DNA of 64,000 nt, taken from an uncultured Planctomycetota bacterium. Lineage in GTDB: Bacteria; Planctomycetota; Planctomycetia; Isosphaerales; Isosphaeraceae. Position numbers and translations under genes: made by a program. Positions within the stretch are counted from its first letter, which is position 1; every line of letters starts with the position of its first letter. The stretch is from assembly GCA_963823665.1 (NCBI GenBank), contig CAWGMQ010000004.1, positions 1,504,001-1,568,000 on the forward strand, given 5' to 3'. Below are positions 21,288 to 32,249 of the stretch, piece after piece. The notes beneath the pieces were generated by a model. That model was not told the DNA's origin, searched no databases, and saw only the letters and a list, made by a program, of their open reading frames with translations.

Positions 21288-22616
21288 TCACCGCTTTCCA
21301 GCCGGCGAAATGGACTTCGGGAGGAACGGGAGATCCGGCGGGGCCTCCTTTCTCGGTTCGCGCAGTCGATGAATGGCGCGCTGCGCTTCGGCGCTCATCG
21401 GGTCAACCGTAATTGCGAGCTCGTACCACGCGCGGGCTTCCGGGTCGCGGTGCAAAGCGGCGCAGGCTGCTCCAAGCTCGCGCAGCAGTGGGGGATCTTT
21501 GCGTGCGCTCGGAGTTGCCGCGCGATCGACGAGCGTGCTCAGGAGCTCGAGCCGTCGGGCGAGCTGACGAAGAGGCCCGGCAGCGTCCGACTGGCCGGCG
21601 AGCTCGAGCGCGCAGATGAGACCGAATACCGTTTCGTGGTCGTCGGGGTCGGAGTTGAACGCGATTCGAAAGTGGCGCCAGGCATCTTGAGCATCGCGCT
21701 TCGACAATGCCAGCCTGCCGCGCAGCAGGGCCAGGTCGGGGTCGTCATCAGCGGCCACTGCGAGTAGCTGTTCGGCCCGTTCCTGATCCTGTCGATCGAT
21801 GGCGATCCGAGCGCGAATGGCAACGGCGGCGGAATCATCGGGCCCGAGGCACGCGAGCACCGCCTCGGCCGTGTCGTGCTGGCCCATTCGCCGCTGGTTC
21901 TCGGCCAGCGCGAGCCGCGACCATCGGTCAAGCGGATCAGCGGAGACAAATCGAGCGAGTGCGGCAATCGCTTCACCGGGCTCCCATCGATTGTTCCGCA
22001 GCAGGCACCAGTGGAATACATTTTCGGACGAAAGCGGGACAAGGCCCGAAAGTGCCAGGAACTGGGCGCTCGACTCGCGCCGGCGAAGTTGCATGCCATA
22101 GATGAAGATCAGCTCGCGACGAGCCTGAACGACCTTGGGATTGATCGCCAGCGCAGCTTGAAAGAAGGCCTCGGCGAAACGGACGCGGTTGCGGCGCAAT
22201 TCGATCTGTCCCGCGAGAAGTCGGGCCTGAGCGGCGATGAAGTGGTCGTCGGGTACGAGACCCAGCTCGGCAAGGGCTTGATCCGGCTCCTTATGCGCGG
22301 CTGAGTATTGAGCCCGCAGCATGTGGTCGAGCGGTGTGGGAAATCGAAGCCGGCTGAGCCGGCTCAAGGCGGTCTCGACGCGGTCGAGGCGCCCCGCCAT
22401 GAAGTCCGCCTCGGCTTGCGCCCAGATGGCGTCGATATCGGGGGCGGACCGGTCGAGCCAGTGGCACGCCCAGGCGACGCCGGCCAGGCCGACCACGGCG
22501 AGAGCAGCGAATCCGCGGACTGGGCCACGCAGGCGTCGTGCGCTGGTCCCTACCTCTCTACGACCTTCCGCTCCAGGTTGCACACCCGGGGTCTCCTGTT
22601 TGAGTTCCGTCACCAT
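21288..22616 (-). CDS. Membrane-anchored tetratricopeptide repeat protein
   Basis: N-terminal TM FAALAVVGLAGVAWAC, followed by repeated TPR-like helices (A...F..AL..NP, A..WY..A...DP). Confidence 0.75.
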   Translation of the reverse strand: MVTELKQETPGVQPGAEGRREVGTSARRLRGPVRGFAALAVVGLAGVAWACHWLDRSAPDIDAIWAQAEADFMAGRLDRVETALSRLSRLRFPTPLDHMLRAQYSAAHKEPDQALAELGLVPDDHFIAAQARLLAGQIELRRNRVRFAEAFFQAALAINPKVVQARRELIFIYGMQLRRRESSAQFLALSGLVPLSSENVFHWCLLRNNRWEPGEAIAALARFVSADPLDRWSRLALAENQRRMGQHDTAEAVLACLGPDDSAAVAIRARIAIDRQDQERAEQLLAVAADDDPDLALLRGRLALSKRDAQDAWRHFRIAFNSDPDDHETVFGLICALELAGQSDAAGPLRQLARRLELLSTLVDRAATPSARKDPPLLRELGAACAALHRDPEARAWYELAITVDPMSAEAQRAIHRLREPRKEAPPDLPFLPKSISPAGKR

Positions 22617-22906
22617 GGTTCAACCCGCAACTTCGTCTGTCCCCGACGGCCAGGGTGTCGGATCGAGCCCGGTTCTGGCCCGAACCGAATCCGGGCGGGA
22701 CGGCACTCTTATCTTAGCAACGTAGCGGCCGACTGGCCCCTATGCGATTGATCTCTGTCGCAAACCGTGTATAAAGATGATATTCCGCCGAACAGCCAGG
22801 GTACACGCTCGCCAGACGCCTCCATCCGTGATCAAAGCCGGACCGATCTTGGTCAGACGCGAGAGTGCGGATTGAGTAAAGAGTTGGCCCAGGCCAGGAG
22901 GCATTC

Positions 22907-24379
22907 ATGAATTCTCATCCAACGATGGAGCTCGATCGACGGTTCGCCGCCGTACAGCCGAATGGCCAGGCAACGACGTCTTGGGCTGAGCGGCTGATCA
23001 ACTTGAGCTCCTGGATGATGGTTCTGGGCACCGTCCGCCTGGTCTGCATGCTTGCCGACAGTGCGAGCGCACTTGCCGAGGCCGTGCGAATCGAGTCATT
23101 CTCGATGCGGACTTTCGCCCGAGTGGCCGAAGAGATTCACCCGGTCGTGGCCATCAGCGCAGCATGGCCTTTGATACTGGCGATCGCCTTGCGGCGGGCC
23201 CGTTGGCCACAACTCGTGCCCGCGGCCGCGGCGACCTTTTTGGTCCTTTCGATCGGTGGATTTCTCGAACTATGGGTGCAATGGGGCCACGCGCGGGGAT
23301 ATGGCGGCATGGTGGGCTCGTTTCACTTGACGAGGCGTGCGTTCCTGAGGCCCAACGCCTCCGACATCGCGTTAGGGAGCCTCGGAGCGACTCAACTCGC
23401 GCTCGAGCTCGCCACCGCGATCCGGGCGATCCTGCTCATACCCCGCTTGCGCGCAGAGCCGCATGACCCCGAAGCGAAAGACCCGGAAAGAAAATCCGAG
23501 AGAGCACGGCGGGCGCGATGTGGGCGGATGGCGCTGTATGCATCAATCGGGTACCTTTTTGTCGTGATCCGGCTACCGGTCTGGTCCACGTACCTTGAGG
23601 TGCTCAACAGCTCGACGTTCGTGCGGAACTTCGTCCTCAAGAACGACATCGAACGGCTGGGAAGCCGGAGCTTCAGTCCGCCCCTTGGTCGTGAACCTAC
23701 CGCAGAGGAGAAGCGGCTCGCGGAGATCAGCCAGATGATCGGAGCCGCGGCCGGAGCTGCGGGATCCGGACGGTTCGCGGAAGCCAGGGATCGCTATCGT
23801 GAAGCTATCGAGCTGGTCGATTCGCTACCCGACGACGCGCCGCTCGAAAGTCGCCAGCGGGCATTGATTGCGACGGCCCTCAACAACCTGGCCTGGCTGG
23901 AGGCAACCTGCTCTGACGTCAGTTTTCGGAATGGTCGCGAGGCTGTCCGGCATGCGCAGCGCGCGACGGTGCTCCAGCCCGAAGAGGGTAATTACTGGAA
24001 CACCCTGGGCGCGGCCCATTATCGGGCTGGCGAGTGGGAGGACGCAAAAGCCGCCCTGACCCAGTCAATGGCGCTGCGCAGGGACAGTGAGAGTTTCGAT
24101 TGGTTCTTTCTGTCGATCGTTGAGCTCAAGCTGGGAAGGCCGGCAGAAGCCCGCCAATGGTACGACCGGGCGGTCGACTCGTTCCACCGATCGTTGCCGT
24201 ACAACGAAGAACTGTACCGGTTCCAGGTTGAGGCCGCTGAACAGCTTGGGCTCGCTAAACCAGAGCCTCCTGGGTTGGCCTCCGGAAACGGATCCAGGCC
24301 CGGGATTCCACTAGGACCGATCCAAAAATCGATTCGCCGCAAGGGTGGAGGGGCCGCGCCTAAAGCCAATCGGCAGTGA
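22907..24379 (+). CDS. Multi-pass membrane protein with C-terminal TPR domain
   Basis: About 5 TM segments; NNLAWL.AT...A..A..L.P...YWNTLG.AHYRAG.W..A..AL, DWFFL motif. Confidence 0.78.
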   Translation: MNSHPTMELDRRFAAVQPNGQATTSWAERLINLSSWMMVLGTVRLVCMLADSASALAEAVRIESFSMRTFARVAEEIHPVVAISAAWPLILAIALRRARWPQLVPAAAATFLVLSIGGFLELWVQWGHARGYGGMVGSFHLTRRAFLRPNASDIALGSLGATQLALELATAIRAILLIPRLRAEPHDPEAKDPERKSERARRARCGRMALYASIGYLFVVIRLPVWSTYLEVLNSSTFVRNFVLKNDIERLGSRSFSPPLGREPTAEEKRLAEISQMIGAAAGAAGSGRFAEARDRYREAIELVDSLPDDAPLESRQRALIATALNNLAWLEATCSDVSFRNGREAVRHAQRATVLQPEEGNYWNTLGAAHYRAGEWEDAKAALTQSMALRRDSESFDWFFLSIVELKLGRPAEARQWYDRAVDSFHRSLPYNEELYRFQVEAAEQLGLAKPEPPGLASGNGSRPGIPLGPIQKSIRRKGGGAAPKANRQ

Positions 24380-24487
24380 CGAGGATACCTTCCAGGCCGT
24401 CTTGCTCGTTCTGGCGAGCCCGAGGCGCCGACTGCTTTGTTCCGCGTGTTCGTTCCGTTATCATAAACGCCGTTGGCTCTGACAGCG

Positions 24488-24519
24488 TGGCATGCCTTTT
24501 GCCGTGGCATGGCAACTGC
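24488..24519 (+). promoter_or_regulatory. Putative sigma-54 (-24/-12) promoter, in tandem
   Basis: TGGCATG-CCTT-TTGC (24488-24502) and TGGCATG-GCAA-CTGC (24505-24519), upstream of ATG 24558. Confidence 0.45.
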
Positions 24520-24557
24520 GCATCCTACACAACCAACGTTCCGGAGTTTGCCACTTA

Positions 24558-25178
24558 ATGCCGCGAAACGCGATATCCGAGGAACTCGCCGCCCGCGCGA
24601 AGTTCATCGTCAACACGGTTAAAGGGACCGATTACCAGCACGTTGACAATATCGATCCCGCCAAGGGCATCTATGACTGCGACTGCAATGGCTTCGTGGG
24701 GTTTGTCCTGCATGAGGTGGCGCCGAAGCATTTGGCATTGGTTCCTAAAGAAACAGGTCAGGCGCGACCGCGCGCGTTCAAGTACTACGACTTCTTCGCG
24801 TCGCTGACTCCGAAATCGACCGGGGCCTGGCGCCGGGTCGATCTACTGAGCGATGCTCGCCCTGGCGACATCCTCGCATGGCGATTCGCGACAATTGAAA
24901 AGGACCAGAACACCGGTCACGTCGTCTGTATAGCCGAAACTCCGACGGCGGATGACTCCGGAGTTTTTTCGGTTCGCGTCTACGATTCCGCTGCCGAGCC
25001 TCACTTCGATGACACTCGCGGATCGGGACCGGGACAGTTTCAAACGGGCGTCGGCTCGGGGGTGATCCACTTCATCGTCGACGGTGCGGGTAGGCCGATC
25101 GCATATCAGTTCGCGCCCCCGGCTACGGCTGACTTCGAGTACCTCACGATCGCCATCGGACGTGCCGAGCCGTTGTGA
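24558..25178 (+). CDS. Hypothetical protein with NlpC/P60/CHAP-like Cys-His motifs
   Basis: YDCDCNGFV, ARPGDILAW, TGHVV, VYDS; GGAG SD at 24543. Confidence 0.65.
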   Translation: MPRNAISEELAARAKFIVNTVKGTDYQHVDNIDPAKGIYDCDCNGFVGFVLHEVAPKHLALVPKETGQARPRAFKYYDFFASLTPKSTGAWRRVDLLSDARPGDILAWRFATIEKDQNTGHVVCIAETPTADDSGVFSVRVYDSAAEPHFDDTRGSGPGQFQTGVGSGVIHFIVDGAGRPIAYQFAPPATADFEYLTIAIGRAEPL

Positions 25179-25253
25179 CGTCAACAGCCCCGATCCCCAC
25201 GTGCTCCTCGCGGAAGCTTCTGTTTGTTACGCGATCGCGCCACTGTTAGTCGG

Positions 25254-25571
25254 TCAATCGTGCATTGACTCGCTGTTCGGATCGAGCCGGATTTCTCGCT
25301 CGTTCGACGGCGCCAGCGATCCGTCAGGCTGCCGTTCCAGAGGATGAAAGAGTTTGATCCTGGGCGAGGTGATCTTGATCGGCGTGCGCGATCCCGACGC
25401 CCGGATCTCCATTTTGGCGTCCGTCGCGACCAGTAGATCGGCGGCGTAGTCGTACTCGACTTCGCGTGCGAGAATCGTCCATTCGTCACGATCGCCCGGC
25501 ATATTGACCCGATCTTCACGCACAACAACGGCGCCCAAAACGCCGATTCCATACGGTGTGATCAGTCTCAT
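25254..25571 (-). CDS. Hypothetical protein
   Basis: 105-aa ATG ORF with GAGGA SD upstream and protein-like composition; no family recognised. Confidence 0.45.
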   Translation of the reverse strand: MRLITPYGIGVLGAVVVREDRVNMPGDRDEWTILAREVEYDYAADLLVATDAKMEIRASGSRTPIKITSPRIKLFHPLERQPDGSLAPSNEREIRLDPNSESMHD

Positions 25572-25646
25572 GGATCCGTCCTCGAGCTAAAGCGGTCAGA
25601 ACGCGTGATTTTCTCGACAACGGCGTCAGGGAGAATAGCAGCTTCA

Positions 25647-25712
25647 GATCCGGGGGGCGGGCACGAGCAGAGCGGACGTCGGCCGGTCTTGATCGTCTCG
25701 CCGACGGCGTCA
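25647..25712 (+). pseudogene. Internal fragment of a MazF/PemK toxin
   Basis: Translates DPGGGHEQSGRRPVLIVSPTAS, the conserved MazF DP.xGHEQ.G.RP.L(I/V)S motif; no start codon and no C-terminal half. Confidence 0.65.
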
Positions 25713-25905
25713 TTGGGGTTAGTCATTCGCAGTGTCCGAGGGAGAAAAATATCGATCCGATCTGACTGATCCGTCCCACCTGAAGCCCCCAGCCTCACCT
25801 CCTGCGCCTCTCCTGCCGGCCCGGCCCCGATCTCTCCAATAGTCAGCCGGGCAGGCCGAGAGCTCGCCTGCTGAGAATCGTACCTGGCTCCTCTCTGAGT
25901 CACGC

Positions 25906-26529
25906 GTGCCAGGCTTTTCCCGGAACCGAGTCCAGAGAGTGGGTGTCTGGCTCCTTTTCCACTTGGCCTGGCGCGAGCTGGGCGAGAATCTGGTTCAGCA
26001 GCAACGCTTGGCCGACGCGGCTCAATTGGCGGACGAGCTGCTGACTGACCCGCACGTTCGCGTCGAGGGGCACTTGCTCAAGAGCCGTGTGGCGCTGGCC
26101 AACCAGCAGCTCGACCTGGCGCGGGCCGCGCTTGACACTGCCCTTGAGGAATATCCTGGCGACCTTGGTACGTTAGGAGAGAGGAGCGTTTTCTTCTTCC
26201 ATCACGGAACGGACGAGGAAGGCGAGCGCGCGCTTCGGGTGTTGTTAGCGAGTGATCCGACCGACGCCTGGGCGTACTACAGCTTGGGCGTGGTCCTCAT
26301 GAGGAACAAGCGCCACGAGGAAGCTGTGGTGGCGTATCGCCAGTCGCTGCGGTACCGGCCGAATTATGGCCCGACTTTTTTCAACCTGAGCTACGCCCTT
26401 GCCGATGGCGACCCGCTGACGGAGGCGAGGGCCGCGTGCGAGCAAGCGGCCCGCCTGCTGCCCAACGACCCGGGGCCCAGAAGCGAGCTGGCGCGGCTCG
26501 CGCGCATGGGTGCGGGCGTTCGAGGCTAA
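25906..26529 (+). pseudogene. TPR-repeat protein, probably a 5'-truncated fragment
   Basis: Clear TPRs (AYYSLG..L....RHEEAV.AYRQSL...PN); weak GTG start; lies in a decayed region. Confidence 0.55.
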
Positions 26530-27665
26530 GCGGGCTTGAGCCACAAGGCGTTTGCGATCGGCGTTGTCGCTGTTGAGGACATCTCGACGGGGATGAGAAC
26601 CCGGGAGCGGCGGTTCGAGGCGACTCTGGCGCACTTGGATGCCTGTCTTTTCGGGCCTGGTCCTACAACTCGCACAATCAGACCGCGGTTCGAGAAAACA
26701 GCGGAAATTCGCCTCATTTCAGGAAACTGGATCGGCCTTTTTGTAGATCATTTCAGGTAGAGAGGGCGACGCGTGTCGCTCGTCAAAGTTGGTCTGCGTC
26801 GAGGTTCTCCCAGGGCGCACCTGGGTGATCGGCAAGGAGAGGGTGTGACACGATACCCGGATCGGGAGTCGAGAGGGTGAAAATGTGTGGTGAACTCAAT
26901 GGTCACGCCAGCGGCGTTGCGCCGCGTTCATCGTTCGTTTGGAACGATCCAGTGCCAGATGGTGCCACCGGCAAAGAGACTGAGATTCGCTGTAAGACAC
27001 GGGCTCAATTACTCCACAAATCAAACAGGGCTAAGATGATAGGATATGATCGCGATGCGGCCTGGCGATCAAAAACACCTCGTGGCGCTGGTCATGTCAA
27101 AACCGACTCCGTGAATGGTTTGCTCTGTTCACTATGTTTTGGACCCCTCGGAGGTGTCCCTGCGAGGCGTGGCGTCGTCATCGCCGTGTACGGCGCGGAG
27201 CAGCACGGGAGACGTTCCGACGCGGAGCACCGGAACGAGGGGTTATCGAGTGGGCCATGCGCGGCGCGAACGAGCGTCGTCATTCCTAAGTGGCGACGGG
27301 ATCGAGAGTTGCTTCAAGAGTTTTTCGGCTTCGAGAAACGTCGTCATTCGTAACTTCAATTGTGGCAAGGAGATGACGACGATGACGACGTTTTGGGGGG
27401 TCTGCGGGAGCTGTTCCCACGATTGGGACACGAATGCGAGCGCAACTGGTCACGGGCTCGAGGGGTTGCCGGTCCGTGGCTGCGTAGGCGAGAACGTGGG
27501 TGCCGGGTGGGTAAACCTTTCCGCCGCGCACGTTGGAGGTGGCGAGCGGGTCGCCGGCGGCTTCGCATTCGGTTTCCACTCGATTAAGATAGCTGGCGTG
27601 CGGTTCGCACTCGACCGTGTGGAGAATGCGAACATCGCTCGCGACTACCATCAAAGGAGACGATC

Positions 27666-28691
27666 ATGTGGTGCGGAAATCGTGCAGGACTCTGCCGGTT
27701 CTTGACGCTGGCCGTGGTTCTCGGAGCCGCGCCGAGCGCGGCCGTTGGCCAGGAGAAGCCAACAACCGCTGCCAAGAAAGCCTCAATCTACGACAAATCG
27801 GCCGACGTGCATGCTCAGGTCGAGAAGGCCAAAGAAGTCGCCAGGCACAATGACAAGCGCATTCTGGTCATGTTTGGCTTCGAGACTTGCGGGTGGTGCC
27901 ACAAGCTACATGAGCTCTTCGCAAGCGACGAGAACATCCGCAAGACGTTGAGCTACGAGTACGCGCTCGTCATGGTCGATATCAACGCACCGGGTGCCGA
28001 CACGTTGCAGAAGACATGCAAGGCCGCACTGAGCCCGGAAGAGCTTCAGAAGGGTGTGGGTTATCCTTTCCTGAGTGTGCTTGACTCCGATGGCAAGGTC
28101 TTGACCGCGCAGCGGACCGACCCCCTCGAAGAAGGCGACCACCACAATCCTGGTCGCGTCCAGGAGTTTTTGACCAAGTGGGCCGTCCCAGCCAAGGACG
28201 CCGACGCAGTGCTCCAGGGTGCGCTGGCGCGGGCCTCGTCGGAGGACAAGCGTGTGTTTCTCAGCTTTGGCGCGCCCTGGTGCGGCTGGTGCCACAAGCT
28301 CGCCGACTGGATGGCGCAACCCGAAGTCACGTCGATACTCGATCGCGAATTCGTCACGGTCAAAGTTGACACCGACCGCATGACTCACGGAAAGGACATG
28401 CTGACCCGGTTCCGCAAGAGTGATCAGGGTGGCATTCCGTGGTTCGTCATCCTCGATTCCGCCGGCAAGCCTCACGGTACCGCAGATGGCCCGAAGGGCA
28501 ATATCGGCTATCCATTCGCACCCGAGGAAATCGACCACTTCATGACCGTGATCAGCAAGGATGCTAGGCGCATCGACGCCGACGCGCAGAATCGGCTGCG
28601 CGAGTCGCTCAAAGAAAACGCCGCGCGGATTCAGAAGCAAATGGACGCTCGCCGCCCCGCAGCGGCTGCTCCGGCGTCCGCGTCGCGTTGA
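27666..28691 (+). CDS. Exported protein with two thioredoxin-like domains
   Basis: Signal peptide; TCGWCHKL and WCGWCHKL; GYPF/GIPW cis-Pro loops; AAGGAG SD. Confidence 0.88.
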   Translation: MWCGNRAGLCRFLTLAVVLGAAPSAAVGQEKPTTAAKKASIYDKSADVHAQVEKAKEVARHNDKRILVMFGFETCGWCHKLHELFASDENIRKTLSYEYALVMVDINAPGADTLQKTCKAALSPEELQKGVGYPFLSVLDSDGKVLTAQRTDPLEEGDHHNPGRVQEFLTKWAVPAKDADAVLQGALARASSEDKRVFLSFGAPWCGWCHKLADWMAQPEVTSILDREFVTVKVDTDRMTHGKDMLTRFRKSDQGGIPWFVILDSAGKPHGTADGPKGNIGYPFAPEEIDHFMTVISKDARRIDADAQNRLRESLKENAARIQKQMDARRPAAAAPASASR

Positions 28692-28750
28692 CTTCTCCCG
28701 GCAGTCGAGCACTCGTGACCGGTACTCATCCCTTTCGACCAGGATCGATT

Positions 28751-31433
28751 ATGCCCAGACCGATTCTTCGTCTTAGCTTCTGTTTGTTGCTGGTCACGAG
28801 TGGGCATGCCTGGCCGGTCTGGGCCCAGAATCCGGATGGCTCCGGACGCGCGGCGCCCGAGCGCCGGCCCTTTGCCAAGCCCGGGGCGCCGCGGCAGCAA
28901 GAGCGGATCCGCTACTTCGACGTCCAGCACGTGAAGGCGGAGCTGACGCTCGCCACCAAGCAGAAGGAAGTTCGCGGCACCGTCACCCACACCTTGAGCC
29001 CGCTCCATCCGTACCTCAAGCAAATCGACTTCGATTGCGGGCCGGAGCTCAAGGTCACGAAAGTCACCAAGTCGATCAAGGGTTCGGGCGCAGTGCCTTG
29101 CAAGTTTGCCCTGAAAGACAGCACGCTTTCCGTCACACTCGACAGGCCCCATGGGCCCGGCGAAACCCTTAACCTGGCGATTGAGTATTCCGGCTCGCCC
29201 ACCAAAGGGCTCCAGTTCATTCTCACCGACCCTGCCTATCCCGATCGGCCGGTCGCGATCTGGACGCAGGGTCAGGCCGAGGACACGCGCTACTGGCTTC
29301 CCTGTTACGACTATCCCAACGAACGTGCAACTTCCGAGATGATCATCACGGCGCCAGACCCGCTATTCGTCGTCTCCAACGGCACGCTCCTCGAGACCAA
29401 GAAGAATGCCGGCGATACGACAACGTACCACTGGAAGATGGATGTGCCGCATGTCAGCTATTTGATCTCGCTGGCCGTCGGAGACTTTTCTGTCTACCAC
29501 GACAAGGTCGACGATCTGCCGGTCGACTACTACGTGGCCAAAGGCGTGGACGAGGCGACCGCCCGGCGTTTCATGGGCAAGACCCCCGCCATGATCCGCT
29601 TCTTCTCCAAATCGCTTGGCCAGCCTTACCCGTACGTGAAATACGCGACTACCTGCCTCCCTGACTTCGGCGGTGGAATGGAGAACATCTCCGCGACGTC
29701 GATGACCGACACGGCACTCCGCGACGAGATCGCTGCGCTCGAGGGCGACGCCGACGGCCTCGTTGCCCACGAGCTGGTGCACCAGTGGTTCGGCGACCTC
29801 CTGACCTGCAAGGATTGGTCTCACACCTGGCTGAATGAAGGCTTCGCGTCCTACTTCGACCCCCTCTTCGCCGAACACGACCGCGGCGAAGACGCGTTTC
29901 GCCTCAACATGGATGGTGAGCTGCAAAGCTATCTTCAGAACGACCGCCTCTATCGCCGGCCGATTGTGGAGACGCGATACGAATCGTCGCTTCAGATGTT
30001 CGATCGCATGACTTATGCGAAGGGCGCCTGCGTATTGCATGTGCTCCGGGGCATTCTTGGCGATGCCGTCTGGTGGAAAGGTATTCGCGCGTACGTCGCC
30101 GCGTACAAGTTTCAAGTCGTCGATACCGATGATTTCCGCAAGGCGATGGAAGCAGCCTCCGGAAAGGACCTGAAATGGTTCTTCGATCAGTGGCTCATGA
30201 AGGCCGGTCATCCCGAGCTCAAAGTGCGCTGGCGCTACGAAGAGGCCGACCAGACCGTGCGGGTGAAGGTTCTTCAGACGCAGACCCTGGACGAACAGAC
30301 CCCATTATTCAAGCTGCCGACGACCCTCGAGATCACCGAGGACGTTGGCAAGGCGCGCGTCGTTCCGATCGTGATCGACGCCGCGCTGCATGAATTTGTG
30401 ATTCCCGCCGCGACGAAGCCGCGGATGGTCCAGATCGATCCCGAAGGCTGGCTCATCAAGGAGCTCGACTTCGAGAAATCCTGGGAGGAAAACCGCTTCC
30501 AGCTCGAGCACGCCGGCTGTGTTCTCGGCCGATTGACGGCCGCCCGGGCACTCGCCAGGACAGCCAAGGACAATCCCGAGGCCATCAAAGCGCTGTCTGC
30601 GGCGTGGAAGCGAGAGAAAGCGATGCCGGCGCGTTCCGAAATCGTGAAGCTTCTTGGCACCGGTGACGAATCGTCCCGATCCGCGTTGCTCGAAGCGGCA
30701 AGGAACCCCGAAGCGAAGGTCCGCGTCGCCGCGATCGAGGGACTGGCCAAGCTCAAGCACGATGGTGCAACGGAGGCACTTTTCCGGGGGGCGTGGGCCA
30801 ATTCCAAGGAGGCCTACGGCGCGCGCAAGGCCGCATTGCGGGGTCTGGTCGCCTGGAAGTGCAAGGATGCCGATCAACTTCTCGAGCAAGCCCTCGGAAA
30901 CTCTGCTGACCATCACTCGATCGCCGGGACGGCTCTCGAGCTCATTCTGGAAACGAGTCGGCGCGAAGGCCCGAGAGCTCGCCGCGCTCTACAGTCGATA
31001 TGGCCAGCCGCGGGCGCTGCGGTCCGCTGCCATCGGCCGATTCGCCCGCCTCGCGAAAGACGACCCGGCTCTCCAGGACATCCTCGTCGGGCTCGTCGAC
31101 GATCCCGATCGTTCCGTGCGGTTTCGAGCGTGGGGGGCAGTGCGTGAGCTGAAATTGAAGAAGGCAGCGCCCGCCGTCACCGCCCGGCTCGGCCTTGAGG
31201 CCACAGGATTCAGCGGCATTGGCCGGCGCATGCTAGAGGACACACTCGAAGCATTGAAAGACACAGAGCCCAAGACCGCGGGCTCGAGCTCGAGTGCTGG
31301 GGCCAGGTCGATCGACGAGCTGGAGAAACAAGCCGCGGATCTCGAAAAAAGGGCCAGGGAGCTGAGAGAAAAGATCGAAGCTCTGAAGGTCAAGCCCTCG
31401 ACCGGTAAAGCCGCGGCCGCGAAAGCTGCGTAG
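28751..31433 (+). CDS. M1 family aminopeptidase with HEAT repeats, apparent frameshift near 30955
   Basis: GGMEN, HELVHQWFG, WLNEG, YAKG; HEAT repeats and a coiled-coil tail continue in ORF 30654-31433. Confidence 0.87.
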
Positions 31434-31599
31434 GGCTTTTTCGCTCGTCGACTTCCGGCGAAATCCATCGAGCTTGCTGCATTTCGCCAAGATCCCGCAA
31501 AATCGTTAAGGTCGACACAACCGGTTGTCCGATAAAAATCGCAGGTTGCCAGTCTCTGCGGAGAGACCCCATCGCCCGACTGTTGCGGGAGGCACTGCG

Positions 31600-32121
31600 A
31601 TGAGCCGTGTCCGTGCGCATGAAATCCGCTTCGACGTCCTCGAAGCCCGAGAGCTGCTAGCCGCATCCCATCCCGTCGTGGGGCCGCATACCACGCCCAT
31701 GATTGCCGCGACCCCGCTTGTCTTGAACGGTACGCTCGCTGTCGATAGTAACCTGACGTCCTCGATTGACAATGGCGACGGAAGCTCAACCACATCAACT
31801 CCGCTCGAGGGCAACCTGGGTTCACTCGGAAGGGTGACTGGTGTCTGGAATGAGAGTGTGGACTCGTTCGGCGAGCCGAGCGGGTTGAACGTCTTGCGGC
31901 TTCAAACCGGCAAGGGATCGCTGGTCATCACGTTCAGCACGGTGAACACGGCCAAAGCACACTCGGCGGGACATGGCGAAGTCTACTATGCGCGTGCGCA
32001 GAAGCTCCTTGCAGGCACTGGCGCCTACGCCGGAGCCAAGGAAAGCGGGATGCTCGAGCTGACGACCAACTCCGCCCGGAGTGAAATCGCCAGCGTCACG
32101 CTCAAGAGCGCGAATTCGTGA
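31600..32121 (+). CDS. Small extracellular protein with planctomycete LEARELL N-terminal motif
   Basis: MSRVRAHEIRFDVLEARELLAA; GGAGG SD; beta-rich body with GTGAYAGAKESG. Confidence 0.75.
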   Translation: MSRVRAHEIRFDVLEARELLAASHPVVGPHTTPMIAATPLVLNGTLAVDSNLTSSIDNGDGSSTTSTPLEGNLGSLGRVTGVWNESVDSFGEPSGLNVLRLQTGKGSLVITFSTVNTAKAHSAGHGEVYYARAQKLLAGTGAYAGAKESGMLELTTNSARSEIASVTLKSANS

Positions 32122-32249
32122 GGTCCGGACCGGTCTGCTTTCGCTGCCGTGCGGCTTCATGCTTCCGGCGAGTATCGATCGTATACGAAACCCCGCTTGC
32201 AAGGTTTGGTATCGTCCGCCCGATCGCAAACCCCGGCGAATTTGTCCGC

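Noticed and set aside
26536..27705. Several 60-200-aa ORFs in this interval
   Set aside because: No recognisable motifs or consistent coding signal; treated as non-coding or decayed.
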